Numbered from the whole stretch's first letter, positions 48,598 through 59,698 are shown. The stretch: 63,816 nt of DNA, filler included, from Dimorphilus gyrociliatus (GCA_904063045.1; 5 parts of 5 records of this genome joined end to end with filler, not necessarily neighbours in it); one strand, 5' to 3'. Numbers and translations are program-made. The notes: generated from the letters alone by a model not told the origin.

Positions 48598-49227
48598 ACC
48601 AGTGGTAGCCTTCTCTAATAAAAGTGTTTTTGTATTGTGTACACATGTTGGGTGTTGTTTCATCAATACTAACCTAAAATCTATATTCCTATTTACTAAT
48701 ATAAAGGTTTTCTATTTGAATAGAAACTCTCAACTAACATTCTTATGCCAAAAATTATCATTGTAAGATACTGTATATATTTTTAACAAATACACTTTGC
48801 TCATTTATTAATAATCAACAGACATTGTAGTATATCTGAACTTTATGGCGTAGAAGATTATCTTCCTTTAGGATGGATGATTTGTGAAACACAGCCGGAA
48901 ATTGAAGATAAATATCTATGTTTTAATTAGAAGTTTCATTTGTATTTTAGAAAATCGATAATCCCCGTTCTGCTGCAAACTTTTGCCTCATCTGATATTC
49001 AACAGTCATTTTATATATTTTGTTGTTATTTACATTGGAATATGACATGTTTGTAAAGGAGGCAACTATCTTCTGTTATCTTCTTAAAATTTGCAGTAAA
49101 CATTATGTATAAAACGTCGATTTATTGTTTCTTATACACGGATGTCGGCCATAGCAATCCGTCTATGTATTCTTGAATTTGTTTTATGAAAACAACTATA
49201 TTTAAGAGACAAGCCTAAATGCTTGCT

Positions 49228-49403
49228 TCACAGCAAAGAATTAATAATAATCAAAGCAGGAACAATGAAAAGTATTAATGTAGATGGTACTATGTTGGAA
49301 GATGTGTTCTTATCTCCAGTTCCTCCACTGCCTCCACTTCCTCCTGTTGTTCCACTGTCTCCAGTTCCTCCAGTTCCTCTACTGTCCCCACTTCCTTCTG
49401 TTC
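49228..49403 (-). other. Orphan duplicate of the Ly6 terminal exon (Gly/Ser/Thr stalk + GPI signal + 3'UTR)
   Basis: 49166-49400 closely matches 50377-50590. Reads GTEGSGDSRGTGG...DKNTSSNIVPSTLILFIVPALIIINSLL*. Preceded by a TTTTGAG acceptor. Confidence 0.75.
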
Positions 49404-50439
49404 CTCAAAATCATAAAAATATTTAAACAAAGGGCATAAATGTCCAGGAAAAATGGACGAAATTTTCAGGCAAGAAGGACAAAATGTCCCCCTACCTGCC
49501 GTTTTCTCCCAACCTCCAAAATCAGTAACTAATTTCTCAGGAGGATCTGAGCAAAGGAAGTTCATCACAAATATTAAATCTTGTATTTTAGCAATATACA
49601 ATTGAATGCCTATTTAAGATATGAATAAGCAAACACCAGAAGTGTTTGTGATACACTTGTGTAACAATTGATTACTACAGGTTGAAATTCATAGTATTGT
49701 ACAAAAGAGTGTATCACTCGTTATTGAACAATGTTTATATATAATGTTTCACGAGTCATCTTTCCTACAGAAGAAAAGCAGAAACACACAGTATGCTATT
49801 ATATTGCAGTTAGTCGACAATTCTCAAAAAATAAAGTACATAATGATGACGACTTTTATTCAATCTATATTCAAATTTATGTATTCAGAGATTATTGTAA
49901 AAACGAACTAATAGCATAGATCTATGTTTAAAATTTTATTTGAAACGCAAGTTCTTCTATGGATACTAAATGATATTTTACTGTTTGTAACCGTTTCAAA
50001 CAGTTGCCGTATAAACATGACTATCTAATTTCAAGACTTATACAGTATATAATGCAGTGCATAACCCTTATACAGCATTAACACAGTATGCATCACCCCT
50101 AACTGCAATGATAGATTGATTGACCAAGATCAGAGGAGGTGGTTCTCGAACAAAGTTTCCAAAATCTATAGAAATATAGATTGAATGTCAATCTGTATTT
50201 GAAGTTTACCTAAATCAGGAAAGTTATGATTAACTCATTTCATAAAAAGGATAAGGTAATTATTGAATGATAGAAATTTGCTTCTTCTTACAAAGTTTTA
50301 TACAGTTTCAACTTAAAACTGTCTCAAATCTATCAAAATCTTTCCTACAGAAGAAAATATTCTACACCATCAAGTCATGTATTCTTGAATTTGTTTTATG
50401 AAAATAACTATACTTAAGAGACAAGCCTAAATGCTTGCT

Positions 50440-51285
50440 TCACAGCAAAGAATTAATAATAAACAAAGCAGGAACAATAAAAAGTATTAATATAGACGGT
50501 ACTATGTTGGAAGATGTATTCTTATCTCCAGTTTCTTCAGTTCCTCCACTTCCTCCAGTTCCTCCTGTTCCTCCACTACCTCCACGAAATGATCCAGTGT
50601 GATCTTTGCATTTATTAGTGCTACAGTAATAATATGTCGAAATGACACCACTTCCTGAGGTGTCTGCGTACGAGTTAGATATAGGAGAGGAGTCATCACA
50701 CTTTCTGAGCACAGTTACCAAACCTAAAATAAAATGGAAAAGAAAATATATTGATGAAATCGGAAAGTCAAAAACTAGAATGTAAAACTTGCCATTTGTT
50801 AGAGAACTTCCAGATGTCTAGAGTTAAATGTGATATTACGGTTGGGGGTCATACACATACATATATATAAATATGTCTTTATGCATACAATGTATTAAAT
50901 CTCGTGTAATACACTACGAGATGCAATATCGTAGTCACATAATCACGTGTAGATACACGTGATTATATCGATACCAATTAGTAGTCAATTAGAATACAGC
51001 AACCGTTTGATACGGTTACATACAGTAAATTATATCGTTTTGTAATCGTAGAAGAACCGATGTTCAACACCATTAACTTTAAACTAACCATAATAACAAA
51101 ATGCACCCTCGCATGTCTTGGTTCCTTTACCACTTTCACAGTTACTGTCTATACCAGTCATACAACTTAAACAAGTTACAGCTAAAAAAGGAAAGGAGTG
51201 ATAGACTGTTATATGCAAAAATATAGTTAAACTTACCATAAGACACTGGCAACAAAGTCACGAAGACAATTATAAGTTTTAACAT
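50440..51285 (-). CDS. Second Ly6/three-finger paralog with an extended Gly-rich stalk
   Basis: Exon 1 MLKLIIVFVTLLPVSY (ATG at 51285); exon 2 AVTCLSC...C...KTCEGAFCYYG; exon 3 LVTVLRKC...YYCSTNKC...GGSGGTGG...hydrophobic tail. Confidence 0.78.
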
Positions 51286-52084
51286 ATTTATTGCTTTTTA
51301 TTTGTGTATTTTATCTTCCACTGTTCAGAATTTCAGTATCTCTGGATAAAATTTCTTGAACGTTTCGTTTTTATACCAGATGCTTTGCTGAATCTCTTAA
51401 ATAGAGCCATAAGGAAGGATAAAAAATGATTCATTCATAATAATACAAGCTAATTTTTTTATGAAAATCCCCTATAAATAATAATGACAAAATGTCAGAG
51501 TCTATTGAACAATTGATAGGAAATTAGTCATGCTAACACAATTGTTTTCTATACAGAAGCTGAAAATAGAGAAATCGTACAAAACTTCTTTAAATGTAAT
51601 AGTTTAATAAAATTGATTTATAACTGTGTTAACGCCGTATAAGTGTTATGTATCGCATTATGTACTGCATGAGTCTCACATATCCTGAAATCGTATAAAA
51701 ATGGCCATACGGAAATGGTTTGAAATGGTTACAAACAGCAGAATAACATGTTAGAGCCATAGAAGAACTGATTCCTAGCAGCCTTTTTTTTCTAAATACT
51801 GTAAATAGCAACTACAATAATAACTATGACTGATAAAGGTTTAAAGATATCTATATAATAAGCTTTAAATACATGAATTTCAATATATATTGAATAAAAA
51901 TTATTATTATTATTATGTACTTTCGTTTCTAAAATCATCGTTTTTGAGAAATGTGGACTGAATTCAATACGATTGGCAATGTGTGATCAACAATAGCATA
52001 TTTTATGTGTTTCTACTTGTGTTTCTACTTTTCTTCTATAGGAAAGATGACTAGTGAAATAATATTTTTACAGTGGGCGGTTTC

Positions 52085-52155
52085 ATCCAAGGGTTAGGGG
52101 CAATCAAGAAGGATAGGGTAAAACCATGTATTTGGCGACGTTTTCTGTCGGATCC
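52085..52155. mobile_element. One-ended copy of MITE family 1
   Basis: GGGTTAGGGG...GGATAGGGTAAAACC...ATTTGGCGACGTTTTCTGTCGGATCC; no left TIR found. Confidence 0.65.
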
Positions 52156-53883
52156 AACTGAACAAAACTCTGTAGGAAGCTAGGAAGCATAGAACTTATG
52201 GAAAGTGAATTGCTCTTGTGCCTTAGTATCATATAAGAAAAGCTTTTCTTTGTCATACGAATCTCTTACTTCAGCTTTATCATCACCCACTGATGATGTA
52301 TACGACTCTACTGATTACATACGTAAGCTACATATATAGTAGTATACTTTTAAAGTTTAACTGTAACTTTTTTCTTTGTTATTGATTAAGTAAGTTTCTT
52401 TGAAATAGTATCAATTAATTAATTTCGAATGTTATATCAAGACCACATTTATTCAAAGCTAAATATTTACTCTAACGTACATTTCTATAGAAATTTTTGT
52501 GTAGAGAGATTAATTTCCCAACAATTGATTTTAAATTCAATTTTATAAATAGTTAACATCAATTAGTGGCTTATGTTAATTAAAGAAAAGACTAAAAGAG
52601 AAGTTGATGAATTTGAAAGTTTCATTTCAAAATTGTTCTTTTCTTCTCTCTATTTTCTTTTCCAATATGTAAAAATAGGTCGTTAAAACTATTAATTATC
52701 TATAATTGCTTGCCTGCGTGCCTACATACCTTGGCAAGTTTCCAATTACGATTAAATAGTCTTTTGTTGTTTTTTTTTTAATGATTATTTCTTCTTTAAT
52801 AGAAAACAAAAGTAAAGAAATTTACTTTAATTATATAAACATTCAAATATTATTGTTTGTATTGAATTTCTTTACTCATATTTCAACATCTTAAATGGAA
52901 ATTTTTTTTATATAAATCTACATTGTTCGACAATGATTTATCTCTTTTTACATCTATTTTAATTTTGTGGATTAGTTTTATCAGAAAATTGATGATTAAA
53001 GAGAGAAATGTTGATAAATATTATATTCTTCTCTTTGGCCGTATTTCCTCAGTTTACTCTTCAACATGAACTTACCAACGATAAAGGTAAAACATCTTTC
53101 TAAGACTGTTCTGTTTATTAATCAACCATCTATTATCGTTATTTTTCTATACAGCATCTAATCATAGCGATAATTGCGATATATCAACGACCTTTAACGT
53201 TGTTGAATTGAACAGTAATTGACAAAATATAAATATTTTTCATAATTAAGAATTGAGACTTTTATTATTAAAATAGAATTAAGAACAATAATGAAATTTA
53301 CACTGAAAGGTCGAAAATCTTCAGATGGGAAATGTTCAATAAGTAACGATGATAATCTAATTGCGACAAATGATTGTATACGATTTTCATATATTTCGGA
53401 AGGAGATAGAGCTGTTCAAGTAAATAGACTTTTCAATTCAGTTCTTGTACTGTGTTTTCTTTTACAATACTTTATACATTCGTTAAAGATCTTTATTAAG
53501 AAAAATGAAAGTGTTCAACCAGTGTTTGATAGTAGAAGAAATTCAAACAATCATTGGATTAGATATAATATATCATCAAGAAACGGAGGTTTATCACTAT
53601 ATCACTTTTTAACTAGTGCCTACTTATTAAAATGAAAAATGTCTTAATATTTAGAAATCGCATCACCAAATATCAAATTTATTTTCTATAAACAAAAACA
53701 CAATCAATCTAATTCATCAGAAGTTAATCATATAACAATTGCCGAAGGATTGTGTTTAATACCAAACTTGGATAAAGATATAAGAGAATGTACACTAAAT
53801 ACTTGAATTATATACACGGTAGACGTATATCTTATAATTGTATACAATTTAGTTTCAAGTATAATTTTGGATCCGGATAAGAG

Positions 53884-53983
53884 NNNNNNNNNNNNNNNNN
53901 NNNNNNNNNNNNNNNNNNNNNNNNNNNTTAATTAATTAANNNNNNNNNNNNNNNNNNNNNNNNNNNNNNNNNNNNNNNNNNNN
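53884..53983. other. Artificial contig spacer marking the eukaryote/bacterium boundary
   Basis: Same structure. AT-rich intron-containing DNA lies to the left; dense operonic, higher-GC DNA lies to the right. Confidence 0.98.
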
Positions 53984-55202
53984 GCCAGTTGCATTTACAC
54001 TTTATGTTGTTTCAATCATTTACTTAATGATGAATGGGGGTATTGCTTTAGCACCACAAAAGATCATCGCGGGTTTAAACTCATTTCCGTTGCTTGCTGT
54101 ACCATTTTTTATCTTTAGCGGACTACTGATGAATTCTGCGGGTATCACCGACAAAATGTTCAAGTTTGCTCGAGATTTGACGGGACATCTTACGGGCTCG
54201 CTAGGGCATGTTAATGTGTTAGCTAGCTTACTATTTTCTGGGATGTCAGGTTCAGCCCACGCGGATGCTGGTGGATTGGGGCAGCTAGAAATTAAAGCCA
54301 TGCGTGACGAAGGCTACGATGACGGATTTGCAGGCGCAATTACCGCTGCTTCAAGCGTAATAGGGCCACTGATGCCACCGAGCATTCCCATTGTTATCTA
54401 TGGTGTCATGTCTGGAGCTTCGGTAGGCGCGCTTTTTTTAGCCGGCATAGTACCCGCCCTATTATGTGCAGCGGCATTGATGGTGATGGTGTACCTCATT
54501 GCCAAGAAAAAAGGATATCCGGTTTACCCAAGAGCTTCGTTTAAAACCGTTTGCTACTCTTTTAAAGATGCGGCTTTAGCCCTTTTTACTCCCGTACTTA
54601 TAATTGGCGGAATCTTCTCGGGGATTGTTACGCCAACAGAAGCCGCTGTTGTTGCCTCTTTATATGCAATGTTTCTCGGTTTTGTGGTTTACAGAGAGTT
54701 GACCTTTAAACGCTTTATTGAATTGGTTCACGAGACTATTAACACGTCTGCCGTCATTGGGTTTTTAATTGGTGGGGTGGGCTTGTTTGGTTACGTTATT
54801 ATTAAAGAAGATATTCCATTAAAAGCCGCTGAGCTGTTTTTGCAAGTTACTGATTCACCGATTGTCTTTTTACTGCTTGTTTCTATTATGCTGTTTGTTC
54901 TCGGTGCCTTTATAGAAACGCTAGCATTGCTACTGATTTTGGTCCCGATTCTACTTCCGATTACCATTAATTTAGGTATTGACCCTGTCCACTTTGGTAT
55001 CGTAGTCGTGATGAATATGATGTTGGGGATTTTGACGCCACCGATGGGAGTATCACTATTTGTCGTCGCTAAGGTGGGTAATATCGCTTACGAAACATTA
55101 GCTAAATCAGTGTTGATATTCTTAGTTCCGTTGATTTTCGTACTTGGGCTAATTATCTTATTTCCTGAGATGGTGCTGTTTTTACCGAACTATTTCCTTT
55201 AA
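53984..55202 (+). CDS. dctM: TRAP transporter large permease (DctM/SiaM family), 5'-truncated
   Basis: The frame is open from the contig start (PVAFTLYVVSIIYLMMNGG). Motifs LLAVPFFI, GMSGSAHAD, IGPLMPPSIP, TPTEAA, DPVHFGI, TPPMG. Confidence 0.95.
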
Positions 55203-55233
55203 TTAAACTGTAGGCGGCAGTGAGCGATCGCTG

Positions 55234-55701
55234 TTGATAATGATGATAATTTCAACCATAGACAGTGCATCAGTAGATTCATCAATTGATGTTATTATTC
55301 AAAGGGTACTTACTGAAGATCTATCGGCACTACCTGATGGAATCAGTGAAATATGTGGGGAGGATATCTTCGTTAACCGAGTTCGAGCTAAAGCTAGAAA
55401 TATTGCAGAATCAATGGCGGAATTGCATCAAGAATATATCGATATTCATCTCATATTATCGGGTAATGAAACGATAGGTTATTGTGTCAAGCCACAAGAG
55501 CCAGGCGCTGTGGCACTTCTTCCATTTGAGAATGATTGTGAGCTCCAGTCTAATGTTGAGGGCGAACAGTTCATCACTTTGGAAAGGGGTCAATATTGCG
55601 TGTTTTATCCACATGAGTGGCATAGACCAATGATAAGAAAAGTAGGTCATGACGATGAGATAGATAAAATTGTCATTAAAGTAAGAGCATCAACCCTATG
55701 A
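55234..55701 (+). CDS. YhcH/YjgK/YiaL (NanQ-like) beta-helix/cupin-like sugar-acid protein
   Basis: ELHQEYIDIHLILSGNETIG, FYPHEWHRP, KIVIKV. Confidence 0.9.
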   Translation: MIMMIISTIDSASVDSSIDVIIQRVLTEDLSALPDGISEICGEDIFVNRVRAKARNIAESMAELHQEYIDIHLILSGNETIGYCVKPQEPGAVALLPFENDCELQSNVEGEQFITLERGQYCVFYPHEWHRPMIRKVGHDDEIDKIVIKVRASTL

Positions 55702-56618
55702 ACATGAATACTATTATATCGGGGAATTGGGCAACACTTCTATTACCTATTAAGGATGAGGAGATTGACTTCGAAAAGCTATCGGATCAAATCGACTATT
55801 ATATTGATGCGAAAGTAGATGGGATCTATTCCAATGGTACGGCGGGAGAGTTCTACACCCAAACAGAAAGTGAATTTCAAGCCATCAATCGACTGTTAGC
55901 GAAAAAGTGCCGTCAAAAGAATATGCCGTTTCAGGTGGGGGCTTGCCATTGTCATCCGCAAGAGGCGTTAGAGCGCGTGAAATTTGCATCAAGTCTTATG
56001 CCATCAGCGATACAGGTTATATTGCCAGATTGGTTCCCATGCTCATTTGATGTTGCTATGGTTTTTTTAAAAGCCGCCGAAAAAGTGGCCAATGGTGTGA
56101 GCCTTGTTTTATATAACCCACCTCATGCTAAGGTTAGGTTATCAGCCCGTGAATTGGTGGAGCTGTATGATAATATACCCAATCTAGTCGGTTTTAAGCT
56201 GCCAAGGATAACCGCTGACATCGAAAAGAGTGGCCTTGCGAAAAAGGCGTCAATTTTTGTTGCAGGGCATTTCTTAGCAACTGATGCATACAAAGGGGCA
56301 ATGGGGGCGTATTCTAATGTATGTTGCCTTAATCCAATAGCAGCTCAAAAATGGACAAGCGAGTGCTTAAAACTAAAGCCCTCAGCGTTAGAGCTCGAGG
56401 CACGAATTCAGCGATATATGGCGCAAGAGATTACGCCATATATAACAGAGCAAGGCTATAGCAATGCTGCCGTAGATAAATTCATGGCAACACTTGGTGG
56501 TTGGTCGGATATGGAGTCAACAATGAGATTCCCTTTTGCATCAATTACTAAGGGTGATATAGCAAAAAAATTGAAAGTGATGGATGAACTGCTTCCAGAA
56601 TTTAGGTACGAGTACTAA
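55698..56618 (+). CDS. DapA/NanA-superfamily class I aldolase of unknown specificity
   Basis: GIYSNGTAGEF, catalytic Tyr (VLYNPP) and Schiff-base Lys (VGFKLP); overlaps the upstream gene (ATGA). Confidence 0.85.
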   Translation: MNMNTIISGNWATLLLPIKDEEIDFEKLSDQIDYYIDAKVDGIYSNGTAGEFYTQTESEFQAINRLLAKKCRQKNMPFQVGACHCHPQEALERVKFASSLMPSAIQVILPDWFPCSFDVAMVFLKAAEKVANGVSLVLYNPPHAKVRLSARELVELYDNIPNLVGFKLPRITADIEKSGLAKKASIFVAGHFLATDAYKGAMGAYSNVCCLNPIAAQKWTSECLKLKPSALELEARIQRYMAQEITPYITEQGYSNAAVDKFMATLGGWSDMESTMRFPFASITKGDIAKKLKVMDELLPEFRYEY

Positions 56619-56707
56619 ATTCGATTTCAAAAGTTCACGGTTGCTGAGGTGTTGGACATGGCAAGTGTTCTTCAAATAGAAATTTGTATTAATAAAAGGA
56701 AACTCTT

Positions 56708-57412
56708 ATGGAGTTAGCATCCTTCCCACTAAAACCAATGAAGAAAACAAAGCTCTCCGATAGCGTTGCCGAAGAGTTGGAAAAACTGATTATCAACAAC
56801 ACGCTGAAAGAAGGAGACACATTGCCTTCTGAACGTGAATTAATGGGTGCATTCGATGTCGGACGACCGTCAGTACGAGAAGCGCTGATGAAGTTATCTC
56901 AGAAAGGCTTAGTTGAAATCAAGAGTGGTGAAAAAACTCGCGTCACCAAGCCGTGTACGGAAACATTGATGAACAATGTGTCGGGCTTAGCGATAGGGCT
57001 ATTGTCTCAACAAGACGAGAAGCGCCAATTTGAGCACCTAAGACAGATGTTTGAAATTGCAATCGTAAGAGAAGCGGCACTGGTGCGTAGTGACGATGAT
57101 TTGAAAAAATTACACGCAGTGTTAGAGCAAAATAAGACGCATTGTGAAGATTACGATGCATTTGTGAAATCCGATATTGCGTTTCACCGCTGTATAATCG
57201 ATATGATTGATAACCCAATGGTTTCATCACTGTATGAGTCATTAATTTCTTGGTTAATCATGACACGAGATCCAGCAGAATATACGCCATATCATACTCA
57301 GAATTACCACGAGCATGTGATGATTTACACCGCGATTACAGAAGGGGATCCGAATAAAGCAGAGCAGTGCATGCGAGAGCATTTGGATGCGGTGATGAGA
57401 ATAGAAAAATAG
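56708..57412 (+). CDS. nanR: GntR/FadR-family regulator, NanR-like
   Basis: KLSDSVAEELE...LPSERELM..FDVGRPSVREAL...KGLVEI..GEK.RV closely parallels the E. coli NanR wHTH; FCD domain DIAFH. Confidence 0.8.
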   Translation: MELASFPLKPMKKTKLSDSVAEELEKLIINNTLKEGDTLPSERELMGAFDVGRPSVREALMKLSQKGLVEIKSGEKTRVTKPCTETLMNNVSGLAIGLLSQQDEKRQFEHLRQMFEIAIVREAALVRSDDDLKKLHAVLEQNKTHCEDYDAFVKSDIAFHRCIIDMIDNPMVSSLYESLISWLIMTRDPAEYTPYHTQNYHEHVMIYTAITEGDPNKAEQCMREHLDAVMRIEK

Positions 57413-57586
57413 GGATTTAGCTGATCGGTTAGTTGGGGATATAGGCTAACATTTAGTCGTTTAGCTGGAGTTAGCCATATAACGACGAACAATGTTCATC
57501 GCTTCGAGTAAATGAATCGTGAAGAGGTGAATAAACAATTACTAAGAGTATCCTCCTTTACTTTAAAGGGGGATTACGATCTTACT

Positions 57587-57617
57587 GGTATGATAGGTAT
57601 AGTATCGCGCAGGTATC
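57587..57617 (+). promoter_or_regulatory. Putative NanR operator (GGTATA-type repeats)
   Basis: GGTATG (57587), GGTATA (57596) and GGTATC (57612) upstream of the sialidase; the first two are 9 bp apart. Confidence 0.5.
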
Positions 57618-57695
57618 CTTGATTGATGTTTGTACTGTGCATGTGAGCAAATATGAATTTGCTCGTTAAATCCACCATGGAAGCAAGGAAGAAAC

Positions 57696-59621
57696 ATGAG
57701 TAGAAAACTAGTGTTTTTGGCGATTTGCAGTGCAAGTTTTGGGGCGTATGCCTCTAATGGGGTTGGGGTGCCAGCACAAACAGAAATGTTTGTCTTTGAA
57801 AATGGGAAAGATTACGGAAACCCTGCCGTTCCAAATTATGCGTGTTACAGAATTCCTGCCATTGTAAAACTGGATTCTGGTGAGTTAATGGCTTTTGCCG
57901 AAGCTCGTGAGTTCAGTTGCTCTGATCATGATGCTAACACCGAAATTGTTATGCGTAAGCGAAGCTTATCAGGTAGTTGGGGGCCAATCTCTATCGTTGC
58001 AGATCATGGCGGTAAAGTGACTAGAAATCCGGCTCCTGTAGTGGATAACCAAGGCAAGGTACACTTAGTGTACAACGTTAACTATGACTCCCAGAACCCC
58101 AACAGTGACGCTGCGATTAGCGAAGGAAAAATAAATCAGGACAACAATCGCTATCGCGTCTCTGTATATTACATTCGCAGCTCAGATAATGGTCAAACTT
58201 GGACTGACTATGCATCTGAACCCGCGAATATAGATTCAACGGTTCATCCAAACGCGGCAAATGAATCGTTTGACACTGGGTTGTGGACTTGGTACGCCAT
58301 TACGCCTGGACATGCATTGAAACTGGACAGCGGCAAACTACTTTTTCCAGCCAATCATACAGAGTCTAAACATGGCTTTACAACGGGTGAATATCGAATG
58401 TATTCCCACTCTTTTACGCTTGACACTACTAGTGATACTTTTGCTCTCAATGCCACTGTTGGCCCTGATACTAATGAAAATATGGCTGAGCAACTTGATA
58501 ATGGCTGGACTTACATGAACATGCGTAACTACCACCGTTCCATTGGGGCAGTGCGAGCCGTTTCTTACAGTAAAGATGGTGGAGAGAACTGGATGGGGAC
58601 AGAATATGACTATATCCCTCAGCCCGGAAGTACAAATTATTGGCGTAATATTGGATACGACCCAGCATTAATCTCACCTCGCGTGCAATCTTCAGTGATA
58701 CGGTATACCTCTGATAAAGATGAAACGGGTGTTTCTCGTTTGCTTTTCTCTAATCCGGCACACACGTCTGAACGCAAATTTGGCACTATCCGTGTGAGTT
58801 ACGATGAAGGCAAAACATGGACACATGCATATCGATACAATAGCAGTATTTCTGAATATAGCGATTTAGTCATTAACAACGACCACAGTGTCGGTATCTT
58901 GTATGAAGAAGGCACTAGTAGTCGTGATGGTATCTATTATGTAGAAGCTAACTTTGAGAAGGTTACTGGTGCTAAAGATGCCTATATCCCAACCATAGTG
59001 AGTCAGCATTACTCGGACGGCTTTTCTCCAACAACCAACCCAATAGGTTCTCCACACCAACCTGAGCTAGACCCGCAAACAGGTGACCTAACGATCACAG
59101 TAAACTTTGCTTTGTCTGCAACAGCAAACATGCAGACGACTCAATTCCTGGCAAGAAAAGGCAATCGAGTTTCTGAAGATGAAGGGTGGGGCCTATTCAT
59201 AGAGAATGGAAAAATCAAATTTCGCGCCAATGGGCTCAATAATCGATATGGAATTCAAGCTGATCTTCCAGGTTCATTAGGTATAGAAAAACATACGATA
59301 ACAGCAAAGTTTGACCGCACGCCGGAAACGGGTAGCGAGATGATGAGCATTTATCTAGATGGTGCAAAACTCCCAAGCACACTGCTCTATGATGCACTTC
59401 AATCTAACACAGAAGTAGCAACAAACTCTCCATTGTCTGTTGCTGGATCAGACGGAACCCACCCTTTGGATGGTTTAGTGTTTGGTTACCAAATTTATGG
59501 TTATGGCCTGGATAGCATCACTATAGAGAATTATTCAAAGTCACATTTGAAAGATTACAATTTCTCAGCATTTTTCGACAATCCAGAAAACAACAACTTC
59601 GAAGCTTTCTTTAACGATTAG
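57696..59621 (+). CDS. nanH: Secreted GH33 sialidase with a C-terminal LamG/ConA-like domain
   Basis: Signal peptide; YRIP; Asp-boxes SSDNGQTW, SKDGGENW, SYDEGKTW; RN motifs; YSDL; ILYE; beta-sandwich tail (WGLFIENGKIKF, MSIYLDG); RBS AAGGA. Confidence 0.92.
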   Translation: MSRKLVFLAICSASFGAYASNGVGVPAQTEMFVFENGKDYGNPAVPNYACYRIPAIVKLDSGELMAFAEAREFSCSDHDANTEIVMRKRSLSGSWGPISIVADHGGKVTRNPAPVVDNQGKVHLVYNVNYDSQNPNSDAAISEGKINQDNNRYRVSVYYIRSSDNGQTWTDYASEPANIDSTVHPNAANESFDTGLWTWYAITPGHALKLDSGKLLFPANHTESKHGFTTGEYRMYSHSFTLDTTSDTFALNATVGPDTNENMAEQLDNGWTYMNMRNYHRSIGAVRAVSYSKDGGENWMGTEYDYIPQPGSTNYWRNIGYDPALISPRVQSSVIRYTSDKDETGVSRLLFSNPAHTSERKFGTIRVSYDEGKTWTHAYRYNSSISEYSDLVINNDHSVGILYEEGTSSRDGIYYVEANFEKVTGAKDAYIPTIVSQHYSDGFSPTTNPIGSPHQPELDPQTGDLTITVNFALSATANMQTTQFLARKGNRVSEDEGWGLFIENGKIKFRANGLNNRYGIQADLPGSLGIEKHTITAKFDRTPETGSEMMSIYLDGAKLPSTLLYDALQSNTEVATNSPLSVAGSDGTHPLDGLVFGYQIYGYGLDSITIENYSKSHLKDYNFSAFFDNPENNNFEAFFND

Positions 59622-59655
59622 TCAAAGAAAACCGGACCTCTATACTCAGCTCGAA

Positions 59656-59698
59656 GCGGCTCACTTCCTTGGTCCATTCTCAGGTGAGCCGTGCTTTT
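59656..59698 (+). terminator. Probable intrinsic terminator after the sialidase
   Basis: GCGGCTCAC / GTGAGCCGT stem followed by GCTTTT; large loop. Confidence 0.5.

Noticed and set aside
51084-51086. Second Ly6 gene as a pseudogene (in-frame TAG)
   Set aside because: The TAG lies inside a good phase-1 donor (TATG|GTTAGT), so splicing there gives an open frame into exon 3.
53000-59621. Horizontal transfer of a bacterial sialidase locus into an animal genome
   Set aside because: The two parts are separated by the same synthetic spacer used at every contig join. The bacterial genes have RBSs, operon spacing and no introns.
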